Positions 38,771 through 51,583 of a stretch of DNA of 64,000 bases are shown piece after piece; the first letter of the stretch is position 1, and every line of letters begins with the position of its first letter. A model generated the notes under the pieces. The model did no database searches. It saw only the letters and a program-made list of their open reading frames with translations, and was not told where the DNA came from. The translations under genes were made by a program, and so were the position numbers. The DNA lies in assembly GCF_006345805.1 (NCBI RefSeq), contig NC_043002.1, positions 99,696,001-99,760,000 on the forward strand, in the 5' to 3' direction. Source of the stretch: Octopus sinensis (lineage: Eukaryota).

Positions 38771-39511
38771 CTAAAAAGTTTAAGCGAGACTATATCAATA
38801 TCAATGAAGCTTTCCGTCCTAAGTCCTAGCACACACTCACATTCTACATTATTTTAAAAAGTGCTGTAGTTAAGTAATAGAGTTCCGCAAAGCAAACATA
38901 CCTTTGTTTGTGGAATAGGTCATATGTTACTTGCGCCAGAAATCAGTTCAGAAAAATATTGATCGAAAACTCTCACTTCATACAATTTTGAGATTGTGAG
39001 AAGAAAAATTATATGAAGATTCCCCCTTCTGTTTCACTATTAAAGCAGAACTTTCAAAATATACATTGTGTGTACAATATGCGTTTGCCTGTGTAAGAGT
39101 TTTATCGCTGTACATGTGATTTTATTTAAACTGAAGGCGTTTCTTTGTCAATATTTTAGCAATAATATTTTATGTTTCCAACCTAGCAACACAATTTCTC
39201 TTCTGAATATGCCAATATTATAACTGCTTATGAAAACATTATTTCCATATTTATTTTTGCGCTATGGAGTAGCATCATAAAATACTCCAATCCTTGGATG
39301 TTATCTATGTACATAGAAAAAGTGATAAAAGAATCTTAATTATGACCATACACTGATGATATTTTGTTTTCAAGATTTTGTAAACCAATTTTGGATTATG
39401 TCCTCCATTAGTTACAGTTGTTTCCAACGGCTAAACCCTAGTCCATTGCATTGATTAGAAATTGTAACAAAAGGTCGTCTGAAATCAGTTCTCACACATG
39501 CACACACACAA

Positions 39512-39552
<41 letters not shown>

Positions 39553-40353
39553 CACACAAACAAACACACACACACATACACACACAAAGACACACACACA
39601 GTCACTCATGTATATACACGTATCTGTGTTAGTGTCTAAAATAAAACAAAGCACGAGAGATTGTTTATCAGTTATTTAATTACATCCTCTTACGTACATT
39701 TCATTAACAGTGATTATTAGCTACATAATGAAAATTTCCAAATTCAGACTTATTGTCAAATCGTCAGAGACCTATAATCTTTAAACTTAACATTACTGGA
39801 TTGTTAAACTGTTGAAAAATCAACCATCTCTGCGATAAATTATTTTGCTATATTATCCATATGCACACTGGAAAACTCACAAGGACCCTCGATTAATATT
39901 AAATAATACAAGTAACATGACTGGGAATAAGGGTGGAGCTCTTGAATAATGGTTGTTAGTCGTGCAATGAAGATTTTATTTGCGATTAATAAAAATATTT
40001 ATATAAACACCCACACACATATATATATATGTGTGTGTGTATGCTTATATGTGTGTATGTATACTATGTATATGTATTGCCGCTCATTGTTCGAAATAAG
40101 GAGCAGAAGGATAGCCGACAACTGATGATGGGGCGTTTTTTTATGTTACTTGTCCTGTTTTCCATTTATATCTAACGTTCTTTGTGTACCCATCGTTGTT
40201 TTCTTATTTCATGTTGTTTACGTTTTGTGACGCCCTGTAACTATATGTGCATACCTATATACATACATATGTATGTACCTGTGTGGTTGTATATGCATAT
40301 ATATTATTTATATTATTATATATGTATGATCTATATATGATCTATATATAAAA

Positions 40354-40391
<38 letters not shown>

Positions 40392-40597
40392 ATATGTATG
40401 TGTGTATGCATATGTCTATACATATACATAGCCACAGATATAACGTCTCTTCTCTTTCTCTCTCTCCTCATCTGTATTGTTCCTATTTATAATATGCATT
40501 ATTATATTCCAAATATTTCTCTCTATATACACTCATCTCTCTGTTCCACTTTCTCTCCCTCTCTGGCTTTATTCCTATGTTCACTTTGGTTTTGGCG

Positions 40598-40765
40598 ACT
40601 ATCCACAGCTATGGTCATGAAGCTGGAGTTATGTCTGAAAGGGTACGATCGCGAATACAAGCGGCCCGAAGATCTCAAGGTGAAGGCTCTGAGTTCGGAA
40701 AGTGTCTCCAGATCGAAGTGCTGGCGTTGATTGGCCACAGCTCCGATACTGAGTACATGCGATTA
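40598..40765 (+). mobile_element. Degraded RTE LINE C-terminal fragment
   Basis: YGHEAGVMSERVRSRIQAA...LQIEVL resembles YGHESWVMTERVRSRVQAAEM. Confidence 0.7.
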
Positions 40766-41837
40766 GAAAGTCTGTATAAACGTGTAATAATAAACCAAAA
40801 CATGTTCGTTGTTCATGTCATTTCACTTTTCGTAGTCTATTAAATCTTTAAAACTTCTGTCAGTTAGTCTTATTACATTCATGCTAACTCCTATGTTTCG
40901 TTGACCTCAGAACTATAGATTGCAAAATTTTAACTCGGTGGAATTTGGATGCAGAAAATAACAGCTTGAAAAAATAGCGAAAGACACATTGTTCAGTGCT
41001 CAAATGAAGCCGCCAATCCAATAATCTTTCTCTCTGTCATACACCTAAGAAAATATTCGCGCTCTATTTCTGCTGTATCTTTGAGCGAGATAAGACACCA
41101 GTTCGGTAATGAACTTAATTCCCACAACAACTCTTTGCAACCGAATCCTCCTTTAATGTCTCTTTTTTATCCCCCACTTCCTTCTATTCAGCACTTACAT
41201 AGCTATAATTCGTTCATGGCCATTACCTGATAAATTTCTCTGGAGTCTTTGGAACACAATATAAATGTATATCGGAATATTTACGTTTACGCTTCGATGA
41301 ACGGTCGAAATAAATATGTAGACAACCGTTGGTATTTCATGTTTATACAGAAACGGCTACAACTCTTCATTTTTTAAAAATCTATAGCTTGTTTATAACA
41401 TAATGTAATAAATTAAAAATATATAACAAAACAATGAAACCCAAAATGCATCAACTGTATTTGAACGCTTCCTCATTTCCTGTTCATCTAAATGATTTAG
41501 CACAGCCAAACACGAATATAGACGAACGGAAGCTATACATGTACAAAGTCATACACATAAGTACATGGAAAGAGATGCATACACACAAATGTTCTTGTGT
41601 GTGTTTGTGTGTACAATTTTTTTTTTGCAAGATAAAGAAAAACAAATGGCATTCACTGGAAAAAGTACTCAACACATATTTAGAGTTTTAAAAAAAATCG
41701 ATGCTCCATATACAACGCGATGAGTAATCAGTATCAGATGAGGAGGTGTTATCGGCAAAACTTCGAATTCACTGGCAGTCTACATCTATATTTCAGTCTA
41801 ACAACAACAACAACGACAACAATAATAATAATAATAA

Positions 41838-42075
41838 TAGACCGTCTCGTCTCGGGATGTCTTGTGCTGACTTCAAACGTATACAAATATCACCACGATA
41901 GGGTAGGACAGTATTTACATTGGAAAATAGGTAAACACTATAAAATCGACACGCCTACTTACTGGTATAAACATAATACTGAGCTAGTCGTTGAAGGTAG
42001 AAATGTCACTATCATCTGGGATTGTCCAGTCAACATCGTCAAAACGATCCAAGCTAATCGACAAGGCATAAAATA
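41838..42075 (+). mobile_element. R4/Dong-type non-LTR fragment (post zinc-knuckle region) abutting (AAC)n(AAT)n
   Basis: IDRLVSGC..L....[39 protein letters not shown]...KTIQANR. Confidence 0.8.
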
Positions 42076-42351
42076 TTCTGCTCAATACCACAGATTTGCA
42101 TGTCAGTTGTTTGATCTTATATATATATATATATATATACATATATATATACATATATATGTGTATATATATATATATGGTGTGGGGGGGATATATATAT
42201 GTATATATATCCTCATACATACATACATGTATGCATATATATATACATGTGCATATATATATTATATATATATATATGCATACACATGTATATATGGATG
42301 TACAAATGAGCACGCTCAGACACTTATTTTTACATACATGCATACATATAC

Positions 42352-42396
<45 letters not shown>

Positions 42397-43214
42397 TATA
42401 TATATATATATATATAAAAAACACATATATATTTGTGTGTGTCTGTGACCACAACGTATTTTACTGACCTTTTGTTTAATGCTTTTGAATTAGGCACAAC
42501 TTGAAATGTAGGTTAGAACGATTAAACTCTTAATAATAGGAGAATATCCTTTCCTGTAGAAAAAAATCATTTTGTATCAACAATAGTTCGAAAAACCATT
42601 TTTCTGGATGCTTAATGGAGTTTATATAGTTCTGAAAGAGGAGCTTCAATTTGATTTTAGTCAATCCAGTATAAAATTTAAATGGAGTGTTGGTACTGGC
42701 ATGTTTGTACCATAACATGATAAACTAATGATTTCAAATCGCAATTAGCGGTAAGTGGTCTGAGTGCTAACAAGTAGGTATTGCTACAGTCTTGTTGGAA
42801 AGCCTTATTGAAGTTAAGTGGTTGATGAAGTAAGCGAAAATATTAATGGAAGAGTGTCGTGCTCACTTTACCTTAGCTAAAAATCAATGACTTGATGTGG
42901 TGTGAATCTATAAGTAAATTTTAATATTCTTTGGTGATATTTGCTACGTCGTTTAAACTGTAAACTAGATGATACCACTAGATTTTTGAATGCCAATTCT
43001 TGGACTCTGAAGAATTTGAGTCATTGGTATGATGAATTTTTTAATGAATATTTGCTATTACACTATAATAATGAGAGACTAAGAATCGCATCTTCAGTCG
43101 CGGATAGAAACAAATGTATTCTTACGACTGCTAAAAATTAAATTTCATAGAATAGTGTGCAGTTAACCAGAAGCTTTATTGCTATAAAATAATTCGTCAT
43201 AAGGTTTTCAGTAA

Positions 43215-43850
43215 GAGTAGAATATATACGTATCTGAATTTAAGATGGAGTTCTTCAATTATCTCGGGGCTGCTTTGTACGAGTTCTGGAAGGCAGAAGG
43301 CTGAATCAAGTGCAAGAATTGCAGGAGTTGGTGCACTAATACGCCAGCTTCAACATTCATCCCAAAAGAAACGTGTAAAAGCTCACGATACTATCTTTAG
43401 TTCTGTGTTCGTGCCTATCCTTATCTATTGTCATGAATCTTAGGTAATAGACGAAAGAATACGATCCTGAATGTGTGCGCCCGCGATGTGGTTCCTCCGA
43501 AGGACATTTGTAGTTTCTTACTCGATATAGTGTGTTCCTCGGAGATCATAGAAGAGCCTCAGATACAGCTGCTACTTTACCGGATTCAATGATCACAGCT
43601 CCGATAGTACGGACATGCGGTAAAATATCTCTGCAAAGAAACGTTGGACAAATTTTTAATGAGCATAACCAACCAGTAGGAAACCGAGGGGTAGATAAAG
43701 AAAGAAGACTATTGGATAACATACATAGGTTCGGTTGGGAATCCAGCCGGAACAATCGGTGACGGTTGCTTGTGATAAGATTCGATGGAAGGCGCTTTTG
43801 AGACCGCTTCCTTCACAACACACCCAGGATTAAGTGAGCGAAAGAGATGA
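43215..43850 (+). mobile_element. Degraded RTE LINE 3' fragment
   Basis: SVFVPILIYCHES*VIDERIRS..MWFLRR...SSEI...LLLYRIQ*SQLR*YGH with stops and frameshifts. Confidence 0.75.
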
Positions 43851-44599
43851 GATTCATTTTACAAGTTTAACGGTGTGTGTTTAAACTGGTGAATTGTAAT
43901 TTACTAACTCGAAGATCTCCCACTGGTTCTATTTCACTAATTGTTATTATCATTATTGTTGATGTTGTTGGTAACCAATTGAAATCAACTAGACTAATAC
44001 TTCATTAATGGGTCTCACTAAATTAATAGGTTTACATAATACAAGATGTTTTGTAAATATCGGTGATACTGTAAGATATTTCGTTGTATTTGTCTTTATC
44101 TTAGGCTATACGTTTCTCTTTGTGTGTGTGTGTCTGAGGGTTTGCTTATTTGATGAAACAGATCTTTTGGAATTACGAAAATATTTTGATCACAAATGGG
44201 CGCATTTTAGTTTTTTCAGTTGCTTTTTCCTGCTGTTTGTATTATTTGATTCTGCTGATTTCTCGTGACTCTTAGTTCTTCTCGACTCTTTTTTGTTTGT
44301 CAAATGGAAAATTTTCCGTATGTTTATAAAAGCTACAAAGTTTCACGTTAAACCTTAATTACCACATGGGTCCATTGGACCCTCGAACTTTACTGGGGTT
44401 CGGAACTCTCGTGAGAAAAAAAACATTTCGCTGCCAGGACTTGTGCCGCGGGTAATTTTCTAGGTGAAATCCCATAGTCGTTATTTCTATATTTAAGGTG
44501 AAATATAAATAAGGCATTGAAGGTCAGATGCATGCCTTGCGCGCACATAAAGGATAAAATAAAATCTAATTTAATAAATATATTCTCAGACGAATTTCA

Positions 44600-44834
44600 A
44601 CAAAATAACATCAAGATTTATTTTCCATACTTATCGTTTATGCAAATGAAACAAACAAAAATTTGCTTTCCCGTCTGCCAGTTTTGAAGAAGATCAAACA
44701 AAATAATGAGTTCGAGTAATGAGTATTTCTGCCAAATCTGGTAAAAATCCGCACAGTCATTTTCCAGTAATTTTGCAAACACACAAAGACGAGCAACTAT
44801 AATACCCTGCTTTCGCTTACGCACGCAGAGTAAA
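44600..44834 (-). mobile_element. Helentron/HINE (DINE-1-like) 5' end fragment
   Basis: Minus strand TTTT-ACTCTGC-GTGCGTAAGCGAAA-GCAGGGT-ATTATAGT subterminal inverted repeat after a T run, then ...GGATTTTTACCAGATTTGGCAG; superfamily inferred from architecture. Confidence 0.55.
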
Positions 44835-45174
44835 AGTGGAGCACAGGAGAGATTTTGAGTGCTATGTTACAAATGAAGTCTCAACTTACCACATGATTTC
44901 TCTGTGTCTTTACCTGAGAAACCAGCGTTGCAAATACCCCTGCATGGTCTTCGTGTCTGAGTATAAATTCTCCCCAATAATGTTAAACCCTGGAAATTGT
45001 CATGAGCCCTGTCATTCGTTTTAGGACTCCAAAACTAATAGCTCTTATAATGTTAATTTATGTGTGTGTGTGTGTGTCTGAGGGATTGCTTATTTGATGA
45101 AACAGATCTTTTGGAATTACGTAGAAGCGTTACTGTTATGCTGAACAACATTTTTCCAGCTCTTTACGTTATGC

Positions 45175-45295
45175 GTCGACAGCCTTTAATCCTTTTCGGA
45201 TCAACAAAATAAGTACCAGTCGAATACTAGGGTGGGTGTAAATGATATGCACGCTCCCATAAAATTTGAGGCTTTGTACCTCTAGAAATAAGAAT
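45175..45295 (+). mobile_element. SINE family C 3' fragment
   Basis: GTCGACAGCCTTTAATCCTTTTCGGATCAACAAAATAAGTACCAGT. Confidence 0.65.
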
Positions 45296-45306
45296 TGTAA
45301 AAGATT

Positions 45307-45357
<51 letters not shown>

Positions 45358-45651
45358 ACTATTTTAATATCAGGTTTTTCAACACTTGTTTTAGTAGGAT
45401 TTATTAAATATTGACAGTGACTTCCATTTACTCGCCTTCGTCAAACTCTCTCAGGTGTAACTTGGCTTTGAATTTACCAAACCCATCACAGTAAAATACC
45501 CGCTACGGTTTTGGGTTCGTTTAATTGACTATTCCCGCTTCCTCGAAAAAAGAAATAGAAAGTGGCGTGGATTTTTAACATTATGAATCTTCAGCAGACT
45601 GCAATACGTAAAGCCTGAATATTTACCTCTATTTGTGTCCTGAGTTTCAAG

Positions 45652-45912
45652 GCAGATGTTTTCAAAATTCCCAAGTCGATACAGGAATTGCAAACGCTTA
45701 ACTGGGATCGACAGTTTTCACTATACTCTCTCCACGCCCTATGGCCCTCTACCATGTTGGAAATCAATTTTATTTCCAATCAATATCTGATCGAAGTTAC
45801 TTATCACAATATTGCAATAAAGTCTGTAGACTTAAAGCTCATAGCGTCAGAGATGTCACCACACCAAGTTGAACTGAGTATGAGACACTTGAACGGTGAG
45901 AAACAAGCATTT
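45652..45912 (+). CDS. Candidate 261-nt phase-0 exon (ADVFKIPKSIQELQTLNWDRQFSLYSLHALWPSTMLEINF...MRHLNGEKQAF), product unknown
   Basis: Pyrimidine-rich ...GAGTTTCAAG| acceptor, TTT|GTAAGT donor, 87 open codons of non-repetitive sequence; protein not recognised. Confidence 0.3.
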
Positions 45913-46077
45913 GTAAGTCAATTTAAGTTGTATGAAAAGGAAAACCTTCCTTGCTGTGGAATTTATAGAAATATTTCCATGACATATCTGTGTATTTCTA
46001 ATAATAAATTTCACACACACACACACATACATCTCACCTGCAGAGACATTAGTAAACATAATTTTGATATTCCCTAT

Positions 46078-46295
46078 ACTCTTTTTTACTTGTTTCAGTC
46101 ATTTGACTGTGGCCATACTGGAGCACCGCCTTTAGTCGGGCAAATCGACCCCAGGACTTATTCTTTGTAAGCCTAGTACTTATTCTATCGGTTCGTTTTT
46201 GCCGAACCGCTAAGTTACGAGGACGTAAACACACCAGCATCGGTCGTCAATCAACGTTGGGGGAACAAACACAGACACACAAACATATACACACA

Positions 46296-46342
<47 letters not shown>

Positions 46343-46500
46343 GACAGACTTCGTTCAGTTTCCGGCTATCATATCCACTCACAAGGCTTTGGTCGGCCCG
46401 AGGCTATAGTACAAGACACTTGCCCAAGGTGCCACGCAGTGGGACTGAAACCGGAACCATGTGGTTAGTAAGCAAGCTACTTACCACACAGCCACTCCTA
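46078..46500 (-). mobile_element. Full-length SINE family A
   Basis: Homologous to 6399-6788 and 28718-29124. Confidence 0.92.
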
Positions 46501-46589
46501 AAATTTAAATCAAGTACTTACATATGGTTACTTCGTTGTCTTTCGCGATTTGGGAATAACTATTTTCTGTATAATCATTTAATATGCAA

Positions 46590-46815
46590 AAAGTAGGCGA
46601 AGTTGGCGAGCTATCAGAACCGTTATCACTCCGAGTAAAAATGCTTAACGGCATTCCGCTTGTCCTTAGTTTCTAAGATCAAATTCTGGCAAGGCCGACT
46701 TTGCCTTTTATCCCTTTCGAGCTCTATAAAATATCCATCCGTTGAACAGTTGGGTCGATGTAAACGACTTATCTCTTCCCTCGAGATTACTAGCCTTCTG
46801 CCAGAATGTGAAACC
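46590..46815 (+). mobile_element. Diverged SINE family C
   Basis: AGGCGAAGTTGGCGAGCT head; GCCGACTTTGCCTTTTATCCCTTTCG core; GGGTCGATGTAAACGACTTA. Confidence 0.7.
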
Positions 46816-47248
46816 AATATCCTGACGTAGGTGTTGAGCTTGCAGAGTTGTTAAAGTATAGGGAAAACGCTTTGTGGTATTTGTTTCGACTCTTTACATT
46901 CGGAGATTAAATCTGCTAAGGTTAGTTTTGTAACAGTCAAATAATGAAGTCGCAATAACTGAATTGTGCCCTCCCCATGACTAACTGGCCCCAATGTAAT
47001 ATATTAATATTCAAACTTTGGTGTACACAGAAATTCATATGTGGGGTGCCTTTGTTCTATAATTTTTCAGTTTTTTTTTTTTGTATTGGGCACGAATTAA
47101 TTAATCTTTTTCTTGTAAGAACACACACACACAAACACAGCACGCGCGCCTTATGCCGTTTATCAAATTGTGAACACGATAATTGTTTTAATGACGTTAG
47201 AAGATGAAAAAAAAGTTATTTATATTGCTCGATGTTTTCTGTGTGATA

Positions 47249-47636
47249 TCTATATATATATAAAAGTGAGGTTGTGTGCTGTCTGTCTCCTACGATTTAG
47301 ATTCCTAACTACTCCCACATTTTGCAGTGCAGTTTAACCAAAAGCGGGTATCTTATAGTCGTCATTGATATCGAGCCCTTCTGGGTATTAGCGCGTGTCT
47401 ACGATGAGTCTACGATTTAATAAAAATTACCATAATTTTTTCCCATTTTTAATGCATTTTTGGCATATATAAGGGACGTAACTCTATGTATTATTAAATC
47501 TCAGAACGTAAAAAGCTACAGTAACACCCCCTTTGTGGTTATCCATATTGAGATGGCTATTATACTTTATATCTCTAAAAATCCTTATATAGTTATCTCC
47601 CTTACAAACCCGAGCAACGCCGGGCGATACTGCTAG
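47249..47636 (+). mobile_element. Complete non-autonomous Helitron
   Basis: A|TCTATATATATATAAAAGTG 5' end; CCCGAGCAACGCCGGG hairpin about 10 nt before CTAG|T; A-T target with no TSD; homologous to 58250-58647. Confidence 0.9.
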
Positions 47637-48859
47637 TAAATTATATTTGGCATTTATTCTTCGTTAGCCGAGTGACCGAGTAAGCATTCTCTCGTTGACA
47701 CTTTAGGTAACAGGTGACTAGATTACTATCATGGTTAGAATGCATTTGGTCACAGATATGAGTGTGATCGTGTTTAGGCATTTTGGAACGGAATTACAGC
47801 ATATATGATGTATAATATAATGTATCCAACAGGAAAGTGTGTAAGCTCTACTCTTTTTTCATCATATTACGTGGTACTTGTGTTTAGTTTTTCCCTAAGC
47901 ACGCAAGTCTTAAACTTTGAGAGATGAAATTTCAGCTTTTACGTATTTCTGAGAGGCATTGTTGTTCAGCCTGAACTGAAAGTTTTTACAAAGAAAACTG
48001 AATTTGTTTCGCCGACTTACCTTTAGGAGAAACAACTGTATGTTAAGTTTCTTGTCAATGGCTGCTGGAAGTGTATGAAAAAGGAATATGAATACAAATT
48101 AAATTCTAAAGACGATTTAATGTAGGTTGCTGTCAGATTTTTGTGTCATCAAATTAGGACTGCGAATCAAAAAGATCACAAACACTAATCTTAAACATTC
48201 AATACACGAAATCGTTGTGTCTGATTAATGCACAAAGCTATATATTTTGAGTGATAAGTCGATATCAAACAAAGTCATTGCTTAAGTAATGTTTTAATGT
48301 ATCGACCGTGAAGGGATCAAAAGGAAAGTTGGCTGCAGAGAGCTTTGAACACAGAATATAAAGACTTAGAACAAAAAGCTAAAAAATGAACAAAAACATT
48401 TTTTTCCGACACCCTATTCGAAGTCTGGATTCGTTGCATAAATTAAGAATCATTATGAAGCATCTAAAATTCTTTTAGAAAGAAACTGTTAGATAATATA
48501 GCAAAGCAAGCTAAGCGAAAAATAAAATAACGGTTTCAACTGTTCCGAGATTCAAGATATGGAAAGAACTATTTAATGCACAACAGTAAACCGTTGAGAT
48601 CCAACCAGAGAAACGTTCAACGATTTTTCACTGAACTGTTATGTTGAAAATCAGCGGAAAATGTAAGGTGAAATTATAGAGCAAAGATTTACAGATAATC
48701 TTCTAAACCTATGAACTTATGTGCGTATGATATATCAAGAAACACTACAGTTGCAATAAATTCGAAACTAATGCAAGATTTTTGTTAATGTACTTAATTG
48801 AAAATTATACACACACACACATACATATATCTATATGTGTGTGTGTACATATACATTCA

Positions 48860-49003
48860 TCCAATCATCCATCCATGCATATGTACGTATGTACATGCAT
48901 GCATCCATCCATCCATCCATCCATCCATCCATCCATCCATCCATACATACATACATACATACATACATACATACATACATACATACATACATACATACAT
49001 ACA
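48860..49003. repeat. Compound (ATCC)n(ATAC)n tetranucleotide microsatellite
   Basis: Directly visible. Confidence 0.95.
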
Positions 49004-49839
49004 TTGCTTGAAGAGATATTGCTTGAAATGAGGTTGAAGAAGGTGGGAAATACGTTGGAAACTTATGTGTATGCCTCCTATATGTATTTGTACTTTAAGT
49101 TTATATATATATATATATATATATCTTAATACACACCTACAGACATATAAGCATAGTTATACATACATAAATACATGTGTGTGTATGTGTGTGTGTATAA
49201 GCCTGTTTGTTTGCACGTGTGTACTGGCAATAACGGAATGCTTTACGCATGCGTTTATATACTTACTTCAAGATGTAATTTTCATTAACATAGATGTGCA
49301 TTTCATGGATGTAGATTAAACTAGTTGATTAGCATTTTAAAGCTTATGAATACATGGCTAAAATCAAAGAATGTTCACACTTCATGTGAACAATAATCTA
49401 CTTTAATAATCGATAATTTTCATTAATATAAAGCCATGTACATTCCACACATAAAAACGCGTTCTTAATTTTCTATATACAGTATCGATATTACCCGATA
49501 CCATACAAATGTGCAATTCGGTTAAGTGTTCTGTAACTTGGGTTTCTGGCTTAGAATCACATTGGAAACGCTAGAAAGCTACCCCTCTAACGCTCTTCTG
49601 CCGCTCGTTCTCTTCATATCTGTGTTTGCATGCAAGAATATAGGTATGTGTGTGTGTGAGTGTGTGAGAGAGAATGTTTGAATTTACGGATATGTATATA
49701 TATATAGACATTCCCTAACTGTTAATATATATATGCATATGTGTATATAAATAATGTAGGTATATATATGTGTTGGGGGGAGTGGGAACGTGTGTGGACA
49801 GAAATTGATTGCGCAAAGCTGCGTGTTATAATATCAGCA

Positions 49840-50105
49840 ACAACAATAATAATAATAATAATTACTACTACTACTACTACTAATACCACCACTACTACTA
49901 CCACTAATACTAATGCCACCATCACCATCACTACTACTACTATAGTAATACAAACAGTATTACTCCAAATAATAAAATTCAAGATCATCATCTTTGTCAT
50001 CGTCATCGTCATCCTCCTCCTCATCATCATTCTCCTTATCAATAACATCATTATCACTATTATTGTTGTTGTTGTTGTTGTTGTTATTAATAATATTATT
50101 ATTGA
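49840..50105. repeat. Mixed trinucleotide tract (AAT/ACT/ATC/GTT)
   Basis: Directly visible; source of the poly-T, poly-I and poly-V ORFs. Confidence 0.9.
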
Positions 50106-50184
50106 AATGCTGAAAATGGCAAACCATCTCAAGCAGGTTCAGTGAGTTCAGTTTGCTATTGACACACACACGCACACACACACA

Positions 50185-50220
<36 letters not shown>

Positions 50221-50954
50221 TAGGGAAATAAAATTCATTTTGCTGGAGAAAATATTTCACTTATTATCTATGAGTAATTTTTTGATATTTCGATAATCAA
50301 TATCTTGATTATTTACGAATCCGAGTTCTTCCTATTCAATACTGTTCTGTCTTTTCATGTGTAATATCTACTGTGTAACAGAGTTTGCAGGTAATCGGTT
50401 TTAGAACTATTTGTTATTGACATTTAAATTTTTTTTCCGACTCGTTCGCTTTAACTTATGGTTATATATTTGCCCTTTATTAATCTCTATATATTCTTTT
50501 TGTTGTTCGTCTTGAAAATTTAGTGAAAACACTGTACAGTTGCTTTCAAACCCAGTTCCTCCTTTTCACAACCCTACCTCCTTGTGGATTTCCCCCTTCA
50601 TATTACCTACATGCTAGAAGAAATATTTTTATCCTCCGATTTAAACCATGCGTTTATTTTCTTGTAATATGTCATGCTTATATAAACTTCATGCTTTTGC
50701 TTTGATTTTATTTAGTCGTTTGGAAACTTTACAATGAATATTAACATAACTTTGTCTCAATGTGAGTAGTATTAGATAGTATCACAATATGCATTGATGC
50801 ACCAGTTAGTTACGTTTTATTACTTTACAGTATGAGTTCAAATCCTTTAGAACCAGATTTCCCTGATATGTAGTTGAGTTGTTTTGATTCAGCTATATAC
50901 AAACTTACAAAGGTATGACCCTGTGCCTATGTCATATATCATTATTTTATAAAG

Positions 50955-51009
<55 letters not shown>

Positions 51010-51167
51010 ATATTCTTATTAGTATTAGAAAATACTGATAAATATTTAGAAATATTTTGTTTCCCAAAGCTGAACACCTTGATGCCTATATAATTCTATC
51101 GCAGAAGTGTAAGTTTTGGAAATACGTCAGATTTACCGTTTTCTTTGATTCCCGTATTAAACAATCC

Positions 51168-51583
51168 GGATTTTTTCGGTTTGAACTGCAGTTTTTAACA
51201 TAATTTCTGGGTAACTAAAAAATTTGAAACTTCGTATAATGGTAGAATGTGTTTATAAAACATTTTTTTCTCTTGGCTTTATTGAGAAAATTCTATAGTT
51301 TGTAAGATATTTGTTGTTGTTTTTCTTCAATTTCTGCAATTTCAACCAATCAGTGACGTCTATTGAGGTAAAAAAACATTCTGTGCCGTATGAATATGTC
51401 CTTCGTTTAAGAAACAGATTGGGTTTATTTACATTTGGGAAGAAAAAAGGATACCCTTCCCCAACCCCAAACCCTAACTAGTCCTACCTAACCCTAAACC
51501 TAAAACAGATTGAAATGCAATACTAGGGTGACAATTTCATATGACACCGCTAGAAAAAACTGCCGTTCAAACCGAAGAGGTCC
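51168..51583 (+). mobile_element. GG-terminated MITE, copy 3, with 8-bp TSD AACAATCC
   Basis: TIRs GGATTTTTTCGGTTTGAACTGCAG / CTGCCGTTCAAACCGAAGAGGTCC; AACAATCC at 51160-51167 and 51584-51591. Confidence 0.9.

Noticed and set aside
40080-40280. CTGATGA at the start of a PLE-trailer-like segment
   Set aside because: No matching GAAA or palindromic stem III found downstream; at most a half-motif.
41720-42448. 242-aa ORF
   Set aside because: Chimera of a trinucleotide tract, an R4-type fragment and (TA)n; only the middle part is a TE-derived peptide.
42941-43141. 66-aa plus-strand ORF (DDTTRFLNANSW...)
   Set aside because: No donor and no motif; expected by chance.
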